59,896 nt of DNA from an uncultured archaeon (GCA_964545925.1 CAZJHM010000001.1:1-59896); one strand, 5' to 3'; counted from the stretch's first letter, positions 9,434-19,397 are shown. Notes: generated by a model not told the origin, from the letters alone. Translations and numbers: made by a program.

Positions 9434-9872
9434 AGCAAAAGAACTTGCAGCAGATATATTAGGAATAGGAAAAACAAGAGTTAAAATAAAAACCCAAGAT
9501 TCTGCAAAGATAAAGGATGCTATGACAAGAGAAGACATAAGAGTTTTGATTAATGAAGGTTTGATTGGAAAAGATAATCAAAATGAACAAAGTAGAGGAA
9601 GAGCAAGAAAGAGAATGATTAAGAAAAAGAAAGGAAGAGGAGGAGGAAAAGGAAAAAGAAAAGGAACTAAAAAAGCAAGAGCAAAAGTTGAAAGAGCATG
9701 GGTAGATAGAGTAAGAGGTTTAAGAAAAAGATTAAAAGAATTGAAAAAAGAAATGCCTGAAGAAGTGAAAAAACTTAACTATACAAAAATAAAGAAAAAA
9801 ATAAAAGGGAATTATTTTAGAGGAAAAAGATATTTGGAGAACTATGTTAAAAAAGAAGGTGCTGAACAATGA
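9420..9872 (+). CDS. rpl19e: 50S ribosomal protein L19e (eL19)
   Basis: KELAADILGIGKTRVKI N-terminus and basic middle region. Confidence 0.92.
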   Translation: MHLNKAKELAADILGIGKTRVKIKTQDSAKIKDAMTREDIRVLINEGLIGKDNQNEQSRGRARKRMIKKKKGRGGGKGKRKGTKKARAKVERAWVDRVRGLRKRLKELKKEMPEEVKKLNYTKIKKKIKGNYFRGKRYLENYVKKEGAEQ

Positions 9873-10384
9873 AAAAAACTTTTGCTACAAAATTTAATAG
9901 AAGAATAGAAAAAAAGACAAATTATAGGAAAAGACTTGGTTTTGCAAAAAGTGGAACAGAAAAAGCAATATTTAGAAGAACAAACAAAAGAATAATTGGA
10001 CAAATAGTTACATATTTACCAAAAGGAGACATAACAATTACACAAGCTGAATCAAAAGAATTCTCAAAAATAGAACCAAAAATAGCTGGAAAAAATCTTC
10101 CAAGTGCATATTTAACAGGATTGCTTTTAGGAAAAAGAGCAATGGAAAAAGGAATTCAAAAAGCAAATTTAGATATTGGATTTTACACACCAGTGCATAA
10201 AGGAAAATGGTGTGCATTCCTAAAAGGATTATTGGAAGCAGGAATGGATATAAAGCACGAAGAAAAAATAATTCCAAGCACAGATAGATTATATGGAAAA
10301 CATATTTCAGAAGAAATTGTAAAAAAAGTTGAAGAAATAAAAAAAATGATTAATGAAGGAAAGTTTAACAAGGTGAATAAATGA
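9869..10384 (+). CDS. rpl18: 50S ribosomal protein L18 (uL18)
   Basis: FNRRIEKKTNYRKRL...RRTNKRIIGQIV pattern; synteny. Confidence 0.92.
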   Translation: MKKTFATKFNRRIEKKTNYRKRLGFAKSGTEKAIFRRTNKRIIGQIVTYLPKGDITITQAESKEFSKIEPKIAGKNLPSAYLTGLLLGKRAMEKGIQKANLDIGFYTPVHKGKWCAFLKGLLEAGMDIKHEEKIIPSTDRLYGKHISEEIVKKVEEIKKMINEGKFNKVNK

Positions 10385-11031
10385 ATCCAGAAGACAAAGC
10401 AGAAAAATTTAAGGATTGGGTTCCAAAAACAGAGCTTGGAAAGAAAGTTCTGTCTGGGCAAGTAAAATCTTTGGAAGAGATATTGAAAAAAGGTAACAAG
10501 ATACAAGAGCCTGAAATTGTGGATTATTTAACAGATTTAAAAGAAGAAATAATAGATATAAGAAAAACAACAAGAGTTGTTAGAGCTGGAAGAAAATTTT
10601 CATTTGCAGCTGCTATATTAGTAGGAGATGAAAATGGAGTAATAGGATTGGGAACAGCAAAAGACAAAGAAAGATTACAAGCAATAAAAAAAGCAGCAAA
10701 AAAAGCAAGATTGGAAATAATAAAAATTGATAAAGGATGTGGAAGTTGGGAATGCCAATGCGGAACAAAGCACAGTATTCCTTTTAAAACAGAAGGAAAA
10801 TCAGGTTCAGTAAAGATGATACTTTCTCCTGCTCCAAAAGGAACAGGATTAGTTGTTGGAAAAAATGTTAAAATTATTTTCCAATTTGCAGGAATAAAAG
10901 ATGTTTGGAGTAAAACATTTGGTTCAACAGATACAAGATTGAGTTTTGTAAGAGCAACAATTGATGCTTTGAAAAACATTAATAATATGAAACTTTCAAA
11001 TGATATAGAGAGAAAAATAAAAGGTGACTGA
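10381..11031 (+). CDS. rps5: 30S ribosomal protein S5 (uS5)
   Basis: RVVRAGRKFSFAAAILVGDENGVIGLGTAKDKE motif. Confidence 0.94.
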   Translation: MNPEDKAEKFKDWVPKTELGKKVLSGQVKSLEEILKKGNKIQEPEIVDYLTDLKEEIIDIRKTTRVVRAGRKFSFAAAILVGDENGVIGLGTAKDKERLQAIKKAAKKARLEIIKIDKGCGSWECQCGTKHSIPFKTEGKSGSVKMILSPAPKGTGLVVGKNVKIIFQFAGIKDVWSKTFGSTDTRLSFVRATIDALKNINNMKLSNDIERKIKGD

Positions 11032-11419
11032 ATTGTACGGAGTAATTTGGATAAGAGGAATAATAAAGGCAAAACCAAGAGTAAGGAAAACATTGGAATC
11101 TTTAGGTTTGGATAAAAAGAACTCTCTCGCAATTATTCCTGAAGACAGGAAAAAAATGCTTAAAATAATTGAAGGATTTGTCACATATGGAGAAATAAAC
11201 AAAGAAACTTTGACAAAAATAATAAAAAAGAAATTGAAAATTGAAAATCCTGAGAAAAAAGCCGAGAAAATACTAAAAGGAGAAGAAAAAGTTGTTTTCC
11301 ATTTAAGACCTCCAAGCAAAGGATTTGAAAGAGGAGGAATAAAAAAATTCTATAAAGAAGGTGGAGCAATAGGATATAGAGGCTCAGATATAAATCAATT
11401 ATTAGGAAGGATGATTTAA
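11024..11419 (+). CDS. rpl30: 50S ribosomal protein L30 (uL30)
   Basis: ...YGVIWIRGIIKAKPRVRKTLESLGL. The start is either the GTG at 11024 or the TTG at 11033 (GGTG 6 nt upstream). Confidence 0.88.
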   Translation: MTELYGVIWIRGIIKAKPRVRKTLESLGLDKKNSLAIIPEDRKKMLKIIEGFVTYGEINKETLTKIIKKKLKIENPEKKAEKILKGEEKVVFHLRPPSKGFERGGIKKFYKEGGAIGYRGSDINQLLGRMI

Positions 11420-11833
11420 ATGGTTGAAAGAAAAAGAAGAAAACTTAACAAATTAAGGGGCAAAAGAACCCATGGAAAAGGAGACACAAAAAACAAAAGA
11501 GGAGGAGGCTCAAGAGGAGGAAGAGGAAAAGCTGGCTCTCATAAACATAAATATAATTTATATTGTTATGATTTCGGAACTGAAAGAAAAAGAATTATTG
11601 CAAAAAAAGCACTTGTTGCTTTGAATATAGATGAATTAAACAAAATAGTGGAAAAGAAAATTGAAGAAGGAAAAATAAAAGACATAGAAGAAATTCATAT
11701 AGATGGAAAAGAATGGAAAATAGATAAGATTTTAGGAAGAGGAAATCCAAGATATAATTATTTTTTTGAAAATATCCAACTAAGTAAAAAGGCTGATGAA
11801 AAACTAAATATGTTTGAAAGTGAGGATAAATGA
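11420..11833 (+). CDS. rpl15: 50S ribosomal protein L15 (uL15)
   Basis: LNKLRGKRTHGKGDTKNKRGGGSRGGRGKAG N-terminus. Confidence 0.92.
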   Translation: MVERKRRKLNKLRGKRTHGKGDTKNKRGGGSRGGRGKAGSHKHKYNLYCYDFGTERKRIIAKKALVALNIDELNKIVEKKIEEGKIKDIEEIHIDGKEWKIDKILGRGNPRYNYFFENIQLSKKADEKLNMFESEDK

Positions 11834-13200
11834 ATCTCCTACATGCACTAGAGCCTATTTATTCATTAATTCCTACTATTAAGGCTCCTGTTAAAGAGAT
11901 TCCAATAACAAAAAAATTAATGTGGGCAGGAATTGCACTTTTAATATTTTATGCTATGGGAGAAATTGGAGTAATAGGTATTTCTTCTACTGCTGAAGCT
12001 CAATTAAAACAATTTCAAATAATTCTTGCAAGTAAAATGGGAAGCATAATAACTTTGGGAATTGGCCCAATTGTTATGGCATCTATATTTTTACAACTTT
12101 TAATGGGGGCAGGATTATTTACAATGGATAGAAATAATCCTACAGATAGAGCAAGATTTCAAGGATTGCAAAAACTGCTTGCTATTATTTTATGTTTTAT
12201 AGAAGGAATAATGTATATGGCAGGATTTTTAGTTCCTGCAGAAGGAATGTGGTTAGTTGTTCTTATACAAATTGCCTTAGGTGGAATTATACTTATTTAT
12301 TTAGATGAAATTGTAAGTAAATATGGAATAGGTTCAGGAGTTGGATTGTTTATTGCTGGTGGAGTAAGTGCTTCTTTTTTCTGGCAAGTATTAAGACCTC
12401 CAATTGAAACAGCTATTGAAAGAATTGACCCAGGATTAATATTTTCATTTATAGAATCATTATCTACTGGTGCAGACTTTACTCTTTTCTTTCCATTAAT
12501 AATGGCAATAATTGTTTATATTGGAATAATAATTATTGAAGGAATACATGTAAATATTCCTTTGGCAATGGGAGTAAAAGGAGTAGGAGGAAGATATCCA
12601 ATAAAATTATTATATGTTTCAAATATGCCTATTATATTAGCTGTTGCTTTGTTTGCAAACTTTCACTTGTGGGCAAACTTTACTACAGGAATTCCTATTT
12701 TAAGTTCAATATTATCTGGATTAGCTTGGGCTACAACTGCTCCAAATGGTTTGTTTATAGATATAATTAGGAATGTTTCAGCAGAAGGAATAGGTGTTCT
12801 TTTAGTTGACCCTTTATCAGGATTAATCTTACAAGGAATTTCATATACTATTATGCTTGTTATTGCATCAGTTGTATTTGGAATATTTTGGGTAGATATG
12901 AGTGGACAAGGTTCAGAAGCAATTTCAAACCAGTTAATGAGTTCAGGAATGCACATACCCGGATTTAGAAAAGATCCAAGAATAATAAAATCAATATTAG
13001 ACAGATATATTCCTACAATAACTATTTTAGGTTCAATATTTGTTGCTCTATTAGCTGCAATTGGAGACATGACTTTGGGAACATTAACTTCTGGAATAGG
13101 AATACTTCTTACAGTAGGAATAATTTACAGATTATATGAAGAATTAGCAAAAGAGCAACTTGTTCAAACACATCCTTTGCTCGGGAAAATATTTAAATGA
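11830..13200 (+). CDS. secY: preprotein translocase subunit SecY
   Basis: 456-aa polytopic membrane protein directly after L15; ...GIGPIVMASIFLQLL... motif. Confidence 0.95.
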   Translation: MNLLHALEPIYSLIPTIKAPVKEIPITKKLMWAGIALLIFYAMGEIGVIGISSTAEAQLKQFQIILASKMGSIITLGIGPIVMASIFLQLLMGAGLFTMDRNNPTDRARFQGLQKLLAIILCFIEGIMYMAGFLVPAEGMWLVVLIQIALGGIILIYLDEIVSKYGIGSGVGLFIAGGVSASFFWQVLRPPIETAIERIDPGLIFSFIESLSTGADFTLFFPLIMAIIVYIGIIIIEGIHVNIPLAMGVKGVGGRYPIKLLYVSNMPIILAVALFANFHLWANFTTGIPILSSILSGLAWATTAPNGLFIDIIRNVSAEGIGVLLVDPLSGLILQGISYTIMLVIASVVFGIFWVDMSGQGSEAISNQLMSSGMHIPGFRKDPRIIKSILDRYIPTITILGSIFVALLAAIGDMTLGTLTSGIGILLTVGIIYRLYEELAKEQLVQTHPLLGKIFK

Positions 13201-13272
13201 AAGGTTTTTAAAGGTTGAGGGATAAAAAATGTTTAATACTAAAAAAAGATTTCTTTTTTGTGTGGTGAGCAA

Positions 13273-13746
13273 ATGTTAATAAATCCAATAATAGATATAA
13301 CCCTAATTGCCTTAGCTGTAAGCATGTTCACATTTATAATACAGGAAAAAACAGGGGCAAAAAAGAAGATGGAACAGTCAAAAAAACAAATGGATGAATT
13401 AAAAAAGAAAATTGATGATTTGCAGAAAAATCCTGAAAAAAACAAAAAAGAAATTGAGAACTTAACACATGAAATGCTAAAAAATTCAGCAGAAACAATG
13501 AAGGCAAGTTTTGGGACAATGAAATACACAATGATTCCCGTCTTAATTGTATTTATTTTAACAGGTTGGGTATATGGAGAAGAAACAATTGTCTTTCCTG
13601 AACCTATGGTTATACCTTGGTTTGGAGAAGGATTTTCAATAGTTCTTTACACAAGCACAAATTGGTTTGGATGGTATATTCTTATTTCACTTGTTTCAAG
13701 TATAATTATTAATTTAGTTGGAAAAAGGTTGATAAAACATGACTAG
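13273..13746 (+). CDS. DUF106 / EMC3-TMCO1-like membrane protein (archaeal YidC/Oxa1-like insertase candidate)
   Basis: TM helix, then a K/E-rich coiled segment, then two more hydrophobic segments. Conserved position between secY and rpl34e. Track ORF starts at the TTG at 13258; an ATG is at 13273. Confidence 0.6.
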   Translation: MLINPIIDITLIALAVSMFTFIIQEKTGAKKKMEQSKKQMDELKKKIDDLQKNPEKNKKEIENLTHEMLKNSAETMKASFGTMKYTMIPVLIVFILTGWVYGEETIVFPEPMVIPWFGEGFSIVLYTSTNWFGWYILISLVSSIIINLVGKRLIKHD

Positions 13747-14074
13747 AAATTTCCAGAAAACATTGAAAAGAAAAAAAAGATGCACACCTAAGAAAACAAA
13801 GGTTTATTATGTTAGAGAAAAAACTGGAAAAAGAATTTGTGGTTTATGTTCAGGCATATTAATGGGAATACCACATGGAAAAACAGATTCTAAAATTAAT
13901 GCATTAAGTAAAACAGAAAAAAGACCATCTGTTCCATTCGGGGGAGTATTATGCTCAAAATGCAGAAGGAAAATAATATCTGAAAAAGTAAAGATTGAAG
14001 CAGGAATAAAAAAAATTGATGATTTAGAACATAACACTAAGAAATTTGTAAAACAAGTGATAAGAAATGACTGA
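13739..14074 (+). CDS. rpl34e: 50S ribosomal protein L34e (eL34)
   Basis: RCTPKKTKVYYVREKTGKRICGLCSGILMGIPHG...KRPSVPFGGVLCSKC. Confidence 0.9.
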   Translation: MTRNFQKTLKRKKRCTPKKTKVYYVREKTGKRICGLCSGILMGIPHGKTDSKINALSKTEKRPSVPFGGVLCSKCRRKIISEKVKIEAGIKKIDDLEHNTKKFVKQVIRND

Positions 14075-14282
14075 AAACGGAAGAATTTGCATAATATTAG
14101 CAGGAAGAAGAGCCGGAAAACATTGTATAATGATTGGAGAAAAAGATGGGATGTCTTTGATTTTATTAGCAAATGGCAAAAAAAGAAAATGTAACCCAAA
14201 ACACTTATGGCTTACTGAAAAAAAGATTGAAACAAAAGAAGAAGGAAAAATTCAAGAAAAGTTAAAGGAGTTGGATAAATAA
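14067..14282 (+). CDS. rpl14e: 50S ribosomal protein L14e (eL14)
   Basis: KOW-like GRICIILAGRRAGKHCIMIGEKDG; synteny. Confidence 0.85.
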   Translation: MTENGRICIILAGRRAGKHCIMIGEKDGMSLILLANGKKRKCNPKHLWLTEKKIETKEEGKIQEKLKELDK

Positions 14283-14749
14283 TGGCAGTCAAAGACTTAG
14301 ATTTAATTGTTAGAATAGTAAACAAAGATTTAGATGGAAAACAAAATGTTGCAAGAGCTCTTACAGATATAAAAGGAATTGGAACAAGAATGGGAGAAAA
14401 TATAGCCAAACAATTAAATAAAGAAACAGGATTTAGTTTAAGAGAAAAAATTGGAAATATAGGAGAAAAAGAAAAGAAAGTTCTTGAAGATATAATTGAA
14501 AATCCAACAAAACATGGATTAAAAGAATATCACTTAAACAGAAGAAAAGATATAGAAACCGGAGAAAACAAACATAAGATAATGGGAGACTGGGACTTTA
14601 GTATAAGACAAGACAAACAAAGAGAAGGAAAAACAAAATCATACAAAGGATTAAGACATACTTGGGGTTTAACAGTCAGAGGACAGAAAACAAAATCAAC
14701 TCATAGAAAAAGAGGCGGAATTGTCGGTGTTGTAAAGAAAGACAAATAG
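14282..14749 (+). CDS. rps13: 30S ribosomal protein S13 (uS13)
   Basis: IVRIVNKDLDGKQNVARALTDIKGIGTRMGENI. Confidence 0.94.
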   Translation: MAVKDLDLIVRIVNKDLDGKQNVARALTDIKGIGTRMGENIAKQLNKETGFSLREKIGNIGEKEKKVLEDIIENPTKHGLKEYHLNRRKDIETGENKHKIMGDWDFSIRQDKQREGKTKSYKGLRHTWGLTVRGQKTKSTHRKRGGIVGVVKKDK

Positions 14750-14758
14750 GTGAAATAA

Positions 14759-15346
14759 ATGGGAGACCCAAAAAAAATCAGAAAAACATATTCAAGACCT
14801 ATGAAAAGATGGGATAAAGATAGAATAATAGAAGAAGGAAAACTTGTTGAAACTTATGGACTAAGGAATAAAAAAGAAATTGCAAAAGCTCGTTCTCTAC
14901 TTTCAAGAAAAAGAAGTGTTGCTAGAGAATTATTGGGCTCTCCAAACAAAGACAAAGAAGAAAAGCTTATGAACAGTTTGAGAAGAATAGGAATTCTTTC
15001 TACAAATGCAAATTTGGATGATATTTTATCTCTTACAATTGAACCTTTATTGGAAAGAAGATTACAAACAATTGTTTTCAAAAAAGGATTAGCAAATACA
15101 ATTGAACAAGCAAGACAATTGGTTGTTCATAGACACATTGTTGTTAATGGTAGCATTGTTAATGCTCCAGGATATATAGTAAAAAAAGAAGAAGAAAAAA
15201 CAATTGCATACAAAAAAAGTGAAATGAAAGATAAGATAATGCCAAAGAAAAAAATGCATATAGAAAAACAAGAAGAGAAAAAAGAGTCACTCAAAGAAAA
15301 ATTTGAGGCAGTAAAACCAAAAGAAGAGGTAATAAAAAATGAGTAA
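14759..15346 (+). CDS. rps4: 30S ribosomal protein S4 (uS4) with K/E-rich tail
   Basis: [23 protein letters not shown]...; S4 domain [14 protein letters not shown]. Confidence 0.94.
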   Translation: MGDPKKIRKTYSRPMKRWDKDRIIEEGKLVETYGLRNKKEIAKARSLLSRKRSVARELLGSPNKDKEEKLMNSLRRIGILSTNANLDDILSLTIEPLLERRLQTIVFKKGLANTIEQARQLVVHRHIVVNGSIVNAPGYIVKKEEEKTIAYKKSEMKDKIMPKKKMHIEKQEEKKESLKEKFEAVKPKEEVIKNE

Positions 15347-15725
15347 AAAAGGTATAGTTCATATTTATTCCTCATTTAACAACACAATAATATTACTTAC
15401 TGATGTTACTGGGGCAGAAGTAATTGCACAAAGTAGTGGAGGACAAGTTGTTAAAGCACAACATAAAGAATCAAGTCCTTTTGCAGCAATGAAAGCATCA
15501 GAGATAGTTGCTGAAAGAGCAAAAGAAAGAGGATTTGTTGAAGTTGATGTAAGAGTTAGAGGAGCTGGAGGAAACAGAACAAAAAACCCTGGACAAGGTG
15601 CAGAAGCAGCAATAAAAAGCTTAACAAGAAATGGATTAATGATAAGGAATATTGAAAATGTAACTCCTTTACCACATGATGGATGTAGAAAGAAAAAAAG
15701 ATATAGAGGAAAGAAAAACAGGTGA
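15339..15725 (+). CDS. rps11: 30S ribosomal protein S11 (uS11)
   Basis: [24 protein letters not shown]...[15 protein letters not shown]. Confidence 0.95.
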   Translation: MSKKGIVHIYSSFNNTIILLTDVTGAEVIAQSSGGQVVKAQHKESSPFAAMKASEIVAERAKERGFVEVDVRVRGAGGNRTKNPGQGAEAAIKSLTRNGLMIRNIENVTPLPHDGCRKKKRYRGKKNR

Positions 15726-15729
15726 TTAT

Positions 15730-16479
15730 GTGAATATAAAAAAGCTCGGAGAAGAAAACAGAAACTTTGGTTTTTTGGTAGAGGATACAACAATAGAGTA
15801 TATGAATGCCCTAAGAAGAACAATAATGTCACATACTCCTTGCTTAGCAATTGACAAAGTATTAGTCTCTGCAAATGATGGAGTAATATTTGATGAAATG
15901 CTATCTCACAGAATAGGACTTATACCTTTAACAACACCAGAGGAATATAAGAAAAAATCAAAAGTAAAATTAGTATTAGAGAAAAAAGGTCCTGGGGATG
16001 TATATTCAAAAGACATAAAAAGTTCAGACACAGCAGTTCATCCTTTAAGCGAAGACATACTCATAACAAAATTAAGAGACAATGAAGAATTAAGATTGGA
16101 AATGTCTGCAAGAATGGGAGTTGGAAAAGAACATTCAAAATGGCAACCAGCAATTGTTTCATATTCACAAATATTTGCACTTAAGAACTCAAAAAAACCA
16201 CAGTTATTGAAAAAAGCACAAGAGTCATGTCCTGAAGCTGTAATTCAATCAACTGCAAATAAAATTAAGATAGCAGATAGAAAAAAGTGTCTTGCATGCA
16301 CAGCATGTAAGGAACTCTTAGAAGATAATGACACAGAAATAGAACATGATGAAAATGCTTTTGTCCTGTATATTGAGCCTTTGGGACAAATAGAACTATC
16401 TATTCTTATAGATAAAGCAGTTGATTCAATAGAAGAAAAGCTCGATGAACTAGAAGAAGAATTAAAAAAGATTGCATAG
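15730..16479 (+). CDS. rpoD: DNA-directed RNA polymerase subunit D (Rpo3)
   Basis: EDTTIEYMNALRRTIMSHTPCLAID. Cys cluster CPEAV...CLACTAC (Fe-S-type domain). Likely GTG start at 15730 after CAGGTGA; the track ORF starts at 15676. Confidence 0.9.
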   Translation: MNIKKLGEENRNFGFLVEDTTIEYMNALRRTIMSHTPCLAIDKVLVSANDGVIFDEMLSHRIGLIPLTTPEEYKKKSKVKLVLEKKGPGDVYSKDIKSSDTAVHPLSEDILITKLRDNEELRLEMSARMGVGKEHSKWQPAIVSYSQIFALKNSKKPQLLKKAQESCPEAVIQSTANKIKIADRKKCLACTACKELLEDNDTEIEHDENAFVLYIEPLGQIELSILIDKAVDSIEEKLDELEEELKKIA

Positions 16480-16492
16480 AATAATTTACTAT

Positions 16493-16576
16493 GCAGGGGT
16501 TCCCGAGCGGCCAAAGGGGCAGGACTTAAGATCCTGTGGCTTAGTGCCTTCGGCGGTTCGAATCCGCCTCCCTGCA
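16493..16576 (+). tRNA. tRNA-Leu (anticodon UAA), long variable arm, no intron, no encoded CCA
   Basis: Hand-folded. Acceptor GCAGGGG/TCCCTGC; anticodon stem CAGGA/TCCTG with loop CTTAAGA; T-arm GGCGG-TTCGAAT-CCGCC. It is a GC-rich island in AT-rich sequence. Confidence 0.9.
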
Positions 16577-16604
16577 TTTGAGTTATAAGAAAAAGTGATA
16601 AGAA

Positions 16605-16946
16605 ATGAAATCGAATATAAAAGAAAATACAATAAGAAAACTAGAAGAGTTTGGAAGAAAAAATAAAATAAAACTCTGGAAAGATGTTTCAGAGAGATTG
16701 AAAAAACCATCAAGAAAAAAACCAACAATTAATCTTTGGAAAATAGGAAAATTAGCAACAGAAGGAAAATATCTTTTAGTTTATGGAAAAATTCTCGGAA
16801 CAGGAGATTTAGATGTTCCTGTAAATATAATATATAATGAAATAAGTGAAAAAGCAAAAAAGAAGATTGAAGAAAAAGGAGGAAAAACAGTTTTCCTAGT
16901 TGATGCTTTAGACATTAAACCTGAAAAGATAGTGATTGTAAAATGA
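16605..16946 (+). CDS. rpl18e: 50S ribosomal protein L18e (eL18)
   Basis: LWKDVSERLKKPSRKKPTINLWKIGKLA; synteny before L13. Confidence 0.9.
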   Translation: MKSNIKENTIRKLEEFGRKNKIKLWKDVSERLKKPSRKKPTINLWKIGKLATEGKYLLVYGKILGTGDLDVPVNIIYNEISEKAKKKIEEKGGKTVFLVDALDIKPEKIVIVK

Positions 16947-17359
16947 TTGTCGTAGATGCAAAAAATAAAATTGCTGGAAGATTAGCAACAGAAATCAGTA
17001 AAAGAGCTTTAAATGGAGAAGAAATTGCTGTTGTAAATTCAGAACAAGCAATATTAACAAACCCTGATGCTTTTTTGGAAAGAATGAAAATCAGAGTAAA
17101 AATGCAAACCAAAGGAAATCCACATAAAAGTCCTAAGTTTAGTAGAATGCCAGAAAGAATTATGAAAAGAATAATAAGAGGAATGATTAATCACAAATCA
17201 GCAAGAGGAAGAACAGCATTTAAAAAAATAAAAACATATATTGGAAAACCAGCAGATATTAAAGGAGAAATTATAGACATGCCTTTTGCAGAATACAAAG
17301 GCTCTGGAAAAACAAGAACAATTGGAGAAATAAGTAAAGAATTAGGAGCAAAATGGTGA
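16943..17359 (+). CDS. rpl13: 50S ribosomal protein L13 (uL13)
   Basis: VVDAKNKIAGRLATEISKRALNGEEIAVVNSEQ. Confidence 0.93.
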   Translation: MIVVDAKNKIAGRLATEISKRALNGEEIAVVNSEQAILTNPDAFLERMKIRVKMQTKGNPHKSPKFSRMPERIMKRIIRGMINHKSARGRTAFKKIKTYIGKPADIKGEIIDMPFAEYKGSGKTRTIGEISKELGAKW

Positions 17360-17363
17360 TATA

Positions 17364-17771
17364 ATGGTTAAAAAGAAAGTCATATATGCAAAAGCTAAAA
17401 AAAAGACAGCGATTGCAAAAGGAAATGCTGTAGAAGGAAAAGGTAAAATAAGAATCAATAGTGAAGATATAAATATAATCCAACCTGAAATACTTAAAAA
17501 ATATGTTATGGAACCAATTCTTATCTGTGAAACTCCTATAGAATGGGACATGAAAATAGAAGTAAAAGGAGGAGGAAGAGTTTCACAAATGAGTGCAGCA
17601 CGCTCAGTTATTGCAAAATTAATTATTGAAATTGCAAAGAAAGACAAAAAATTAAAAAGAAAATTTATTGAATATGACAGGGTTTTATTGATTGATGACC
17701 CAAGAAGAAAAGAAGCAAAAAAACCTCTTGGGAAAGGAGCAAGAGCTAGAAAACAAATGAGTAAAAGGTGA
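17364..17771 (+). CDS. rps9: 30S ribosomal protein S9 (uS9)
   Basis: GKRKTAIA-like KAKKKTAIAKG...GGGRVSQMSAARSVIAK...ARARKQMSKR C-terminus. Confidence 0.94.
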   Translation: MVKKKVIYAKAKKKTAIAKGNAVEGKGKIRINSEDINIIQPEILKKYVMEPILICETPIEWDMKIEVKGGGRVSQMSAARSVIAKLIIEIAKKDKKLKRKFIEYDRVLLIDDPRRKEAKKPLGKGARARKQMSKR

Positions 17772-17971
17772 TTATTTTGATAATACCAATAAGATGCTTT
17801 ACATGTGGAAAAGAAATTGCAACAGAATATAAGAAATATAAACAACTTTTGGAAGAAGGAAAGACTCCGAAAGAAGCTTTGGATTATTTGGGACTAACAA
17901 GATATTGTTGCAGAAAAATGATTTTGACTCATGTTGAAACAATTGATGATGTAATAAAATATAAGGTGTAA
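17768..17971 (+). CDS. rpoN: DNA-directed RNA polymerase subunit N (Rpo10)
   Basis: IPIRCFTCGKEI...LTRYCCRKMILTHVE. The start is the GTG at 17768 or the TTG at 17777 (giving MIIPIRCFTCG). Confidence 0.9.
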   Translation: MIILIIPIRCFTCGKEIATEYKKYKQLLEEGKTPKEALDYLGLTRYCCRKMILTHVETIDDVIKYKV

Positions 17972-17973
17972 AA

Positions 17974-18654
17974 ATGACTGAAGAATACTTAGTGGATAAT
18001 GAAAGATATTTGAAGACAGGAACACATATAGGGACTAGATTTAAGAGTGAAGGAATGAAAAAATTCATTTACAAAACAAGACCTGATAAAATCAAAGTAA
18101 TGGAAATAAAGACAATTGATGAAAGAATAAGACAAGGAGTTGAGTTTATATCAAATTATGAAACTGAGAAAATAGTTGTTGTTTCAAGACGTCCATATTC
18201 ACAAAAACCAGCAAAAATGTTTGCAGAATTAATTGGAGCAAAAGCAATAACAGGAAGATTTGTTCCTGGGGTTTTTACAAATCCATCTACAAAAAGATTT
18301 TTTGAACCTTCAATTGTTTTTGTTGCAGACCCAGAGATAGACAAACAAGCAGTTGTTGAAGCAAAAAAATTAAATGTTCCAGTAATTGCTTTATGTTCTA
18401 CAAATAACGATACAAACAACATTGATTTTATTGTGCCAATAAACAACAAAGGCAGAAAAAGCTTGGCTTTGGTGTTTTGGCTTTTCACAAGAGAGTATTT
18501 GAAGAAAAAAGGAATAATAAAAATAGATACTGATTTCAAAGTTAATCCAGATGCATTTGAATATGAAATAAAGCAAGAGAAAACTGAGAATTCTGAGAAA
18601 ATAAGAAGACAAAATAGAGGAAGATTTCCAAGAGGGAATAGGAGAGAAAGATGA
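17974..18654 (+). CDS. rps2: 30S ribosomal protein S2 (uS2)
   Basis: YLKTGTHIGTRFKSEGMKKFIYKTRPD...; AAGGTG upstream. Confidence 0.94.
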   Translation: MTEEYLVDNERYLKTGTHIGTRFKSEGMKKFIYKTRPDKIKVMEIKTIDERIRQGVEFISNYETEKIVVVSRRPYSQKPAKMFAELIGAKAITGRFVPGVFTNPSTKRFFEPSIVFVADPEIDKQAVVEAKKLNVPVIALCSTNNDTNNIDFIVPINNKGRKSLALVFWLFTREYLKKKGIIKIDTDFKVNPDAFEYEIKQEKTENSEKIRRQNRGRFPRGNRRER

Positions 18655-19397
18655 GAAATTATCTTTTTTCAGATTATTTCTATCCTTCTAAAAATTTGAA
18701 AGACACAATAAAATCTTTTTCAATAAAATACAAAGGAGATGCTGATATAGTTATATCTCCACATGCTGGATATAAATATTCAGGTAAAACTTCTGCATTA
18801 TCTATTTCTCACTTACAAAAATCTCAAGAGTATGTTCTTTTAGGTCCAAGCCATAATGGAATTGGAGAGATTACAATCAGTACTGAGGATTGGGAAACTC
18901 CTCTCGGAGTAGTGAAAAACAGCGAAAAAACAAAAGAAGTCTTGAAAGAGATAGGGACAGAAAATAACTCTGCTCATTATCAAGAACATTCTTTGGAAAT
19001 TATCTTACCTTTAATGCAAAATTATCTAAAAAAATTTAAAATTATTCCAATTAATCTAAATGTTCAAAAGAAATCTAAGCTAGAAGAGCTCTCAGAAATT
19101 TTATTTAAATTAAAAATTCCAATTGTTGTTTCTTGTGACTTTTCTCATTATTTAAGTCCTGAAAATGCGAAAAAAAATGATTATGATGCAATAGATTCTT
19201 TGTTGAAAGAAAAACCTGATGAGTTTTATAAAAAAGTTGTTGAAAAAAAATATTCAATTTGTGGTTACCAAGGTGTTTTTGTTGCTTCTTTAATTGCTAA
19301 GAAAAAGAAATTAAAACCAGAGTTATTAGAATATACTCAATCAATAGGAGAAAAAGTTGTAGGTTATTCTTCAATTATATATAAAGATTATACATAA
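18651..19397 (+). CDS. MEMO1-family protein (AmmeMemoRadiSam system protein B-like)
   Basis: YFYPS...VISPHAGYKYSGKTSA...LGPSHNG...CDFSHY motifs. Position after rps2. Confidence 0.75.
   Translation: MRNYLFSDYFYPSKNLKDTIKSFSIKYKGDADIVISPHAGYKYSGKTSALSISHLQKSQEYVLLGPSHNGIGEITISTEDWETPLGVVKNSEKTKEVLKEIGTENNSAHYQEHSLEIILPLMQNYLKKFKIIPINLNVQKKSKLEELSEILFKLKIPIVVSCDFSHYLSPENAKKNDYDAIDSLLKEKPDEFYKKVVEKKYSICGYQGVFVASLIAKKKKLKPELLEYTQSIGEKVVGYSSIIYKDYT

Noticed and set aside
16493-16576. Possible intron or split in the tRNA-Leu gene
   Set aside because: The sequence folds as a continuous cloverleaf with a normal 7-nt anticodon loop and a class II variable arm. No bulge-helix-bulge motif is needed.
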